Origin: Eledone cirrhosa
Lineage: Eukaryota
Assembly: GCA_964016885.1 (NCBI GenBank)
Contig: OZ024750.1
Coordinates: forward strand, 33,790,001-33,854,000
Direction: 5' to 3'
DNA length: 64,000 nucleotides
In this document: piece by piece, positions 53,621-64,000 of the stretch
How the letters are laid out: each line of letters starts with the position of its first letter
Position numbering within the stretch: the stretch's first letter is position 1
The notes under the pieces: model-generated
Database searches by the model: none
The model's input: only the letters and a program-made list of their open reading frames with translations
What the model was told of the DNA's origin: nothing
Made by a program: the position numbers and the translations under genes

Positions 53621-54749
53621 GGCGAGAGAGAAAGTGTTTCTAGTAATAAGCCTACAGTAACAAAATAGCTATATCATAATGACAGGTTTAGACTTAACAG
53701 AGAAAACTGATGTTAGCGGAGGAGGAGGTGGTGGTGGTGGTTGTTGAGGCGGTGATAGTGGTGGGGAGGAGGTATATAGAGTGGCTGATAAAGTAAACTT
53801 TCAGTTGTACATAAAAATATTTTACTTTAGGAAGAGAGGAACATATGGCATAAATAGATTTTACTGCTCTGAAATCTAGGTTAGTAAAACAATTTTTGGT
53901 CAATAAAGAAAAAATTACCGAGAAATTTCAAGTATATATTTATTTGTACAGAAATACTTTAATGATTAAACGTTTTTAAAAAATTTATAGAAGAAATATT
54001 TATATCTATTTTGTTGAAATTAATATCTATAAAATAAATATTTCATGATCGTAATAATGGTTTCCGATTTAGGCACGAAGCCAACAATTTTTGGGGGGAG
54101 GAGAAAGTTGATTAAATCGACCCCAGTATGTATTGGTATTTAATCAACCCCCGTAAGAATGAAAGGTAAAGCTGACCTCGGCCCTTTATGTTTGAACTCG
54201 GGACATAAAGGGCCATAACGCTCTACCGATTACTGCCAATCCACCACCCTTTTCATCATCATAATAATTATCAAATCAAAGATTAACTTCTAAAATGCCT
54301 AAATCTTAACGTCCTGCACCATGTGAAACCTCAGTAACATATATATAACAAGTATAAAACAACATTATGATTACATCATCAACATCATTATTTTATATCC
54401 ATCTTTTTCGTGTTTTCATTAAAAATTGAAAGACCTAACTCCAATTCAACAATTTTTTTATTTTTTATATTTTAGATAATTACAAGATATTTATCATTTA
54501 AGTATATTATGAACATATTTTCTTGAAAATAAGTTGTTATAGCTGGGTTTTTTAAACATCGCCTAATGTCCCTTCTCTCTGCTAGCATGAGTTTGATATA
54601 ATAACTATTCAAAATTTGAACTGGAAGGGTTTGATTCAATCCTGAATACTTTAAAATAAGAAGTTTTGTTATCCAGATGTAGTTTCAGGTGGACTTGTGT
54701 CAAGAAAATTTCAAAGATAATACATGACAAATATGTGACTTATCTACTA

Positions 54750-55070
54750 GACCTACAAAACCTCAGTTCAAAATATATGGTACATTGTAAATGTATGTAA
54801 TATGGAAGTGGACCTACAAAACCTCAGTTCAAAATATATGGTACATTGTAAATGTATGTAATATGGAAGTGGACCTACAAAACCTCAGTTCAAAATATAT
54901 GGTACATTGTAATGTATGTAATATGGAAGTGGACCTACAAAACCTCAGTTTAAAATATATGGTACATTGTAAATGTATGTAATATGGAGGTGTAACCTAT
55001 CTACTGGACCTACAAAACCTCATTTCAAAATATGGCACATTGTAAATGTGTGTAATATGGAGGTGTAACT
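54750..55070. repeat. 61-bp tandem repeat (~5 copies)
   Basis: GACCTACAAAACCTCAGTTCAAAATATATGGTACATTG at 54750, 54811, 54872... Confidence 0.92.
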
Positions 55071-55447
55071 TATATACTGCTATATACAAATATATATATA
55101 TCAAAGAAAGAAAAATGGTATCAACTAAAACATTTTCTATGCAAAGAAAGAAAAATGGTATCATCTAAAACATTTTCTATGCATATAAATCTGTTTATGA
55201 TTAGATTTCTTGTAAATTTGTTCTTAAAATTCAATTTTCCACATTTCCATTATTTGAAAATATTGAAGAAAATGAAAAAATAGAAGAAAAATTCCAATTT
55301 CATCATTACCTAAAATAATAAAATAACAGCACAATTGAAATATCTCATACCAACATAAGATGAAGTTGATGATGACGTAATGACAGTGTTGTCTATTTAT
55401 ATTGTCTCTGCTGTCAATGTTGAAATATCAGATCTTCTAAAAAGACA

Positions 55448-55692
55448 TGAGCTGAAGCTAACACTAGGGAACTTAAATATACCAAGATGAGCTTGAGCTA
55501 AGACTAGGGGACTTAAACTTGAGCTAACACTAGGGAACTTAAATATAATGAGATGAGCTTGAGCTAAGACTGGGGGACTTAATATTAAGACTTGAACTTG
55601 AGCTAACACTAGGCAACTTAATATTAAGACTTGAGTTAACACTAGGGAACTTAAATATAAAGAGATGAGCTTGAGCTAAGACTGGGGGACTT
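55448..55692. repeat. Irregular GAGCTAACACTAGGGAACTTAA repeat
   Basis: About 7 recurrences of the core with variable spacers. Confidence 0.8.
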
Positions 55693-55850
55693 ATATATGT
55701 GTGTGTTGTTGGGAGGGGGCCCTCTATGTACTAAAATAATATTGAATGGGTTCAGGTAGCTACTGACACAAATTGAAGGAAACCAAATAATGTAGAATAA
55801 AGTTGACCTTTAAGATGGAGGAGGTGATGTTCGAGAGGAGGAGGGATGAT

Positions 55851-56000
<150 letters not shown>

Positions 56001-56001
56001 T

Positions 56002-56340
56002 GGAGGTACATGGCTTAGTGGTTAGAGTATTGGCCTTGCAATCGAAAGGTTGTGAGTTCAATTTTCAGACCGGGTGATGTGTTGTTTCCTTGAGCAAGAC
56101 ACTTTATTTCACATTGCTCCAGTTTCCTCAGCTGTAGAAATGAGATGATAGGGACTGGAGTCCCTATCATTCCACTTGCAAAGAGGTCGTGGAGGTGCCA
56201 CGGCAAAAAAGCACCCAGCCCACACTGTAAATGAGGTTGGTGTTAGGAAGGGCATCCAGCTGTAGAAATCAAGCCAGAATCTGTTCCCGTCCCACCCTTG
56301 CAAACAGGGAAAAGCGGACGTAAAATGAAATATGAAATGA
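56002..56340 (+). mobile_element. SINE family A
   Basis: Full length, abuts pure (AT)n 55853-55998. Confidence 0.87.
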
Positions 56341-56914
56341 AATATATAATCATATATCATATATATGATTTGTCATAGTCTGATAGATGTACCTTTTTTA
56401 ACAGTGGTTACCCCCTGGCACAACACAACTCAGGGAATCTACATATTACATTCAGTCTTATATATATAGATATATAGTCATATATATATATAGTTATGTA
56501 TTATCTTCGGGTTACAAATGAACAAACAGCTAACAACAACAACAGCAATAGTAAAAAAGAAAGTGTTTAAAAAATGAACATAAGTAAACAATGTGAAAGG
56601 TATTCTAGTTGAAGTAAATCAATATTTTTAAGATTGCCAGCAAAAGGAAAATTGGAACTTATTCATCTCAATACATTCAATTAATGAAAATCAAATTTAA
56701 AAGAAAATGAATGCAATTTCTAATGAGCAACAAATAAACGATAATTAGAATCGGAGCAAGTTAAAAATGGAATTGAACAGAGTATTGAAAAATAATGTTA
56801 TTGGAGATAATTTGATGGGTTTTTTTTTTATTTTAAATGAAAAGAGAAAAAATTCCAAGTGAAAAATTAGAGTTTTAAATAATTATTTATTAGGAATTTC
56901 AATCAAATATACAT

Positions 56915-56971
<57 letters not shown>

Positions 56972-57748
56972 CAAATACAAGCACATACATATATATACAC
57001 ACACACATCAAAAAAGATGCACATACAAACATACATACACATATACATACATAAACACACAACACATATATATATATACATAAACACACACATACATATA
57101 TACAAACACACATACACAAACACACACACATATACATACATAAACACACACAGATATATATATACATAAACACACACACACATACATGCATATATACACA
57201 CATCAATATATATGCACATACAAACACACACAGATATATCTATATATACATAAACACACACACACATATATATATATAAATAAAATTTCCCAGAATCATA
57301 CTAAAATACTAGTATTGGGAAAGAGAAAGTAGTTTATTTGAAATTGTGACATTCACATGATAGCTTTTCCTAATTCAGCAAATATAACAATGAAATAATA
57401 TAACTGTTTTCTGACTTCATACAAAAGCTCTTTGTTACATCTGGTATGTCTACAGTGAGGTAGTCTGAGGACTTGTTAAATGTTAGGTGGCTCAGCAGGG
57501 GATTGGAAACATTAAGAGAGAGACAGAGAGAGTGCACACACACGCACATTTATATAGAGAGAGATATATAGATATCTATACATAGAGAAACAGTAAATGA
57601 GCAAAGGCCATTAACATCGAGCAGTAGTCACCAACAACAACATAAGGAGAGAGAGAGAGAAATGATTTATCTTAGGTATTCATATATTATTTGTTATTAG
57701 ACAAAAGATAGCTTTTCAATGTTAATGTTGGTTTTCAAAGCTCATTAA

Positions 57749-57969
57749 CCCTTTAGCATTTAAACCGGCTGTATCCGGCCAGAATTCTCTCACCTCTTTC
57801 TGTTTAAACTGGCTGTAACTGGCCACTCATACTTATGTTAAGGTATTGTTCTCAAAATAAATAACAGCAAAATGTTGTATAATTATCTCACATAATATCA
57901 AATCTACAAGATAAAACTTTCTCTGTGAAAATACAATAGTATATACAGAGTAATGTGAATGCTAAAGGG
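57749..57969. mobile_element. TTAA-flanked piggyBac-type MITE, representative
   Basis: TTAA|CCCTTTAGCATT...AATGCTAAAGGG|TTAA; copies near 560, 11715, 15609, 16055, 18136, 24442, 30893, 34120, 38045, 38798, 39181, 58088, 62487. Confidence 0.85.
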
Positions 57970-58295
57970 TTAAAATATATTTGAGTAATGTTCTTGAAAA
58001 GTAAACACATGCACAGAGATATATGAGAGACCAACAATATCTTGGTAGCAAATATAACTATCTTGATGTTAGAACTAAAGATTTTAACCTTCTAACATTT
58101 ACTCTATATTTACTATTGTATTTTCACCTCCCTCACATAATATCGAATCTATTAGATTTTGATGTTATTTATTTTGAGAGCAATACCTTAACATCAGTAT
58201 GAGGGGCTGGTTATAGCCGGTTTGAACTGAAAGAGGTAAGAGAATTCTGGCCAGATACAACCAGTTAAATGCTAAAGGGTTAAATAATATAAGAA

Positions 58296-59275
58296 GGAAG
58301 GTTTATAAACTCAACTTTTTGGAATAAAACAGTGTGATGTTAGGACTATATTTTAATGTAGGATGGAAGGTTTATAAACTCAACTTTTAGGAATAAAACA
58401 GTGTGATGTTAGGACTATATTTTAATATAGGATGGAAGGTTTATAAACTCAACTTTTTGGAATAAAACAGTGTGATGTTAGGACTATATTTTAATGTAGG
58501 AAGGAAGGTTTATAAACTCAACTTTTAGGAATAAAACAGTGTGATGTTAGGACTATATTTTAATATAGGATGGAAGGTTTATAAACTCAACTTTTTGGAA
58601 TAAAACAGTGTGATGTTAGGACTATATTTTAATGTAGGAAGGAAGGTTTATAAACTCAACTTTTTGGAATAAAACAGTGTGATGTTAGGACTATATTTTA
58701 ATGTAGGATGGAAGGTTTATAAACTCAACTTTTTGGAATAAAACAGTGTGATGTTAGGACTATATTTTAATGTAGGATGGAAGGTTTATAAACTCAACTT
58801 TTTGGAATAAAACAGTGTGATGTTAGGACTATATTTTAATGTAGGATGGAAGGTTTATAAACTCAACTTTTTGGAATAAAACAGTGTGATGTTAGGACTA
58901 TATTTTAATGTAGGATGGAAGGTTTATAAACTCAACTTTTTGGAATAAAACAGTGTGATGTTAGGACTATATTTTAATATAGGAAGGAAGGTTTATAAAC
59001 TCAACTTTTTGGAATAAAACTGTGATGTTAGGACTATATTTTAATGTAGGATGGAAGGTTTATAAACTCAACTTTTTGGAATAAAACAGTGTGATGTTAG
59101 GACTATATTTTAATATAGGAAGGAAGGTTTATAAACTCAACTTTTTGGAATAAAACAGTGTGATGTTAGGACTATATTTTAATGTAGGATGGAAGGTTTA
59201 TAAACTCAACTTTTTGGAATAAAACAGTGTGATGTTAGGACTATATTTTAATGTAGGATGGAAGGTTTATAAACT
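58296..59275. repeat. 69-bp tandem repeat (~14 copies)
   Basis: GGAAGGTTTATAAACTCAAC at 58296, 58365...; highly homogeneous. Confidence 0.96.
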
Positions 59276-59500
59276 TCAGTTGTAGAACAGACCAGTGATA
59301 CAACAGACATGTGGTTAGAATGTCTCAGGAAAGAATTGCTAGACCAACTGACAGGAAACCCAGGGGTAGACCCCAAGCAACATGGTTGGCTAACATCCAT
59401 AAGCTTGACTGGCCTCACTTGGGCGGACCCAATTGGAGGTGGTTGTTTCTGACAGGACCTGTTGGAAGGAGTGTTTGAAGACCCTCCCAGGAATAAGTAT
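59275..59500 (+). mobile_element. RTE-like LINE 3' fragment
   Basis: RPTDRKPRGRPQATWLANIHKL peptide; shares TTCTGACAGGACCTGYTGGAAGGAGTGTTTGA with the 39.6 kb copy. Confidence 0.62.
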
Positions 59501-60356
59501 GTGAAGAAGAGAAATAGAAGAAAGTTTATAAACAAGTTATAGAGTAAGGGTAAAGGTAAAGACTCCTTTGGTCACGAATGACCACGGGATTTGAACCCAG
59601 TCCTAGAATCGAACTCACAACCTCACGATTGTAAGCCCAACACTAACCCCTAGAGTTGAACAGAAGGTGGCCCACAAAACTTCATGAAGAAAACTTCACA
59701 GACCAGCCAATATAGATTTCCTCTTTACAACACGGTATGAAATAAAAACCTGCAGTAAGTAGAGCACTAAACTGTAGAATCGACCTTGGTAATCATCTCT
59801 ACCATGTTTGCTATCGCTCATTCTAAACAACTAAATATATTTATTGACATTTAGAAAAAAAAAAAATTGTATTACTGACAATTGTGTATAAACTTGATTA
59901 AGGTACTTTTAGATTTTTTATTTAAAATTTTTTCAATAGAAAATACTGGAAGGTTTTCAATTTACTTGGCAAATAAACTTTGATATTAAATTCAAAATAT
60001 GAAGTTTTTAAACAGCAATGGGAGGGGGCGGAGAGAGGGGAGAGAGAGGGGATTATCTTTAATATTTTATCCATTACAAATCATACCCGTACCATTTTTT
60101 ATGAAAAGTTTATTTTGATCTTTGAAATCTGTTGAATAGTGACTAAAAATTAAAAAAACTAAAGTATAAAAAAAATCTATGACTAAATCAAACAACATAT
60201 GTCTCTACAAAGGAGAAAGTTCTTTTATTAAATATTTTATTAAATAAAGTGTTTTTAAAATGATAATGTGAAGATTGGTTTTGCTTCACAGCTCGCTTCG
60301 TTGATAATGCCACATTCCAAAATGTAATTAAGTACTTTACAAGGAAAATTTTTTTA

Positions 60357-60404
<48 letters not shown>

Positions 60405-60957
60405 GTATTTTTGCAAAAAAAAAAAAAAAAGAAGAAAAAAAAAAAAAAAAAAAAAAAATCATTAAATCAATAATTCTTATCACATGAAAATACATATGAA
60501 ATTTTTATATTGAAGAAAAGTGTAATAAATGTCAGAGCACTTTGCTACATTGGAAAAATATGTTGGCTTCAAGCCATACACTCTAAAAGCTTGAATTCCT
60601 ACAGTATCATACAACACAATCCTTAGCAGAAAAATAAAATAAAAATGAAAAAGAAAATAGTAAAATTACTGAGAAAATTAACAGATTGAAAAAAATTACA
60701 TAAAGGAATAGTAGTCTGTATAAGTAGAGAGAATAAATACAAGATTTTTAGACAAAAAGCATATAAAAGGAAAAAAAAAGGAAAAATATGTTTAATTGAA
60801 ATTTCTTAAGCAATCTGCACACAGAACTTTTCCTATGACTGATGTAATTGGATCTATTTCATCTCTGGCAAATGGAATTCACAAGATGAATTCTAACTGG
60901 TAAATAGTTATCTTCGGCATACACAATGTAGGCAATATCTCACTCATATATAAATAA

Positions 60958-60993
<36 letters not shown>

Positions 60994-61031
60994 GTATATA
61001 TATGTATATGTATATGTATATATATATATGT

Positions 61032-61086
<55 letters not shown>

Positions 61087-61115
61087 TCTATGTATATATG
61101 TATATATATTGAAAT

Positions 61116-61117
<2 letters not shown>

Positions 61118-61146
<29 letters not shown>

Positions 61147-61505
61147 GGTTTAGCGTCCGTGTTCCACGCTTGCATGGGTTTGGACGGGGGTTTTCCCACT
61201 TGAGGCAAGAGTGGTTGTCTTGCTCGCATAGGACTGTCTGGCGGGTTTTCTACAGTTGGATGCCCTTCCTAACACCAACCACATTTACAGTGTGGGGCTG
61301 GGAGGTTTTTACCGTGTTGCCTACACGGCCACATTACAGCGTGGACTGTCTGGCGGGTTTTCTACAGCTGGATGCCCTTCCTAACACCAACCACATTTAC
61401 AGTGTGGGGCTGGGAGGTTTTTACCGTGTTGCCTACACGGCCACATTTACAGCGTGGACTGTGTGTTTTTTGTCGTGACACCTACACAATCTCATTTGTT
61501 TCGGC
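61118..61505 (-). mobile_element. SINE A-related variant with internal tandem duplication
   Basis: GGACTGTCTGGCGGG...CAGCGT block repeated (61231, 61343). Confidence 0.78.
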
Positions 61506-61579
61506 CTATATATATATATGTATATGTATATATATATGTATATATATATGTATATAATATATAATGATATATTTGTATG

Positions 61580-61618
<39 letters not shown>

Positions 61619-61717
61619 ATGTGTATATATATATGTATATATATATCTATATATATATATATATATATGTATGTGTATATATATATGTATGTATATATAT
61701 ATATGTATATATATATC

Positions 61718-61748
<31 letters not shown>

Positions 61749-63820
61749 ATATATATATGTATGTATATATATATATATGTATATATATATATGTATGTAT
61801 ATATATATATGTATGTATATATATATATGTATATATATATATGTATGTATATATATATATGTATATATATATATGTATATATATATATGTATATATATAT
61901 ATGTATGTATAAATATATATGTATGTGTATATATATATATATGTATATATATATGTATGTGTATATATATATGTATATATATGTATGTGTATATATATAC
62001 ACACACACATATATACATACATACACATATACACAAGCGTATACAAGTGCATGCAAACACAGACACACATTTTTGCCCTTATATATATATATGTTTGCGT
62101 GTATATAATAAATATATATATACACACACAGAAGTGCACAGACACACACTCATCTCTCTCTCTCTTCCATTATCTCTCCAGGCTACCATATTTTACACAA
62201 AGCACCAGTTGTTTCTCTAGAAACTATTTAGCTAAGTCACTGAAATGCTGTTCTCTTGTGAACCCAGCAAAATAAGAAATTCAATAAAGGCCAATATTTA
62301 ACATATTGATAAACTTACTCGGAGCTGTGGAAAAATACAAGAAAAGTTCTACTTATGTGTACAGCTTGATAATTTGCTTGAACAACAATAATGATTAAAA
62401 CAATAATCGCTGACTGTGACAATATAATTCCATACTCTGATTAGTATATTTCCTAATCAGCTTTGAATTAGCCCATTAGCATTTAACCCATTAATGCTCA
62501 AACCGGCCAAAACCGGTCAGAATTCTCTACCTTTTTCTGTTGAAGCTGGCTGTAACTGGGCACTCAAACTTATGTTAAAGTATTGTTCTCAAAATAAATA
62601 CTTTCAAAATCTCATAGATTCGATATTATGTGAGATAATTATGTGGAGTAAAGCCTTTACCATGAAAATATAATAGCATATATATATAAAATAATGTAAA
62701 TGCTAAAGGGTTAATAAACATTCCAGTCATGGCTGGAAATTTAGCTGGTCAAATAATAAGAATTCATACCACAGATCAATAATCATATGTAAATATATTT
62801 CACAGCAAGGTTTATTAATTAATAATTTAAACTAGAACATATTTTGGGAGATGATATAAGATTATTTTATAGAATTTTTAAAACGAAAAATGCATTCAAT
62901 GCATGAAAAACGACATGCTTACTAATTTAATTGTAGCAATATGTAAAGTAATATTTCTGATTCTATTCAAAGAATATTATCGGCAGTTCACTCTAAGAGG
63001 GCTGCATAAATAGCAATTCAGGCAGGGAAATGGAAATGTTACACACAATAACAGAAATATGTCAGCTAGTTCTGTTGGCAATAAGATTATTGATTAAATC
63101 TTTTGCATAACTGCTTGATTTTCTCTGTATGGAAGAACAAGATCAATTAAATATCAGATTTATTCATCAATAGAACACTAACTAGACATAATTTGAAAAC
63201 GAAAACTTTAACTTGCACCAATGTCATTATTTGCTTTAAGCAAGTGCAGTATAAATATATATTTCTAGAAAACTTAATAAACACGAATATTTCATCCATG
63301 TAGTAGTAGTAGGAAAAGATAGTGAACATACTACAACAACATCTCAGCTAAGAATGTACAATAGAAAACTGTCAACAACATTACAAATAAAATACTGTGT
63401 TTATGAAATGTTGTCAATTTTATACACACTAGCAAAAAATGTTTAAATATTAATTGATACCTGACACAAAACCAAACATTAAGGTTTAAATTTAAAGAAA
63501 AAAATATATTAACGATTAAACTGATACATTTCTCATAATGTTTAATATTACTCTGGTTAAAATTAAACATAGAATTATATCAATCTAGTAATACAGAAAA
63601 TATTGAAGAACAATTCTAGCTGTAAACCTAAATCCAACTTTTAGTCATTTTCATGGAATAATTACCATTATTTTTAGGTTCACTTTTCCATACTGGCAGG
63701 CAGGGACCTTTCACAATGTTAATTCATAGTTCGTTATTTCTAAGTGTTATGTGTGTGTGTGTATATATATATATATACATACATACATACATACATACAT
63801 ACATACACACATACACACAT

Positions 63821-63862
<42 letters not shown>

Positions 63863-64000
63863 TACTGATGTTCAAACCAAGTGGTGAGAAGTGTTGTTTA
63901 TGGGGGACATAAACAAACGTCACCATGTGCATTTTAAACAATGTTGATATGGAGACATACAACAGCTGATACACACACATACATATATATTATATATATA

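Overview
AT-rich, microsatellite-dense eukaryotic DNA; the repeat style suggests an octopod cephalopod (inference). The window lies inside one minus-strand gene, an ARID5/ARID5B (MRF2)-like transcription factor. I reconstructed 10 GT-AG coding exons with compatible phases (3024 nt, 1008 codons): partial BAH region, ARID domain, a long S/P-rich exon with PxDLS-like motifs, and a polyQ/polyP exon running off position 1. The 5' exons were not found and probably lie beyond 64000. Introns hold several tRNA-derived SINE families, TTAA (piggyBac-type) MITEs, a hAT MITE with intact 8-bp TSD, a non-autonomous Helitron, RTE LINE fragments, long palindromes and minisatellites, several of which visibly arose inside SINEs or LINEs. 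The main signal invisible to the ORF track is four type I hammerhead ribozyme motifs (CUGAUGA-stem II-GAAA-palindromic stem III-AUA-stem I). Three cluster at 47.9-51.2 kb, two of them in tandem on the gene's sense strand. Nearly all listed ORFs are repeat artefacts.
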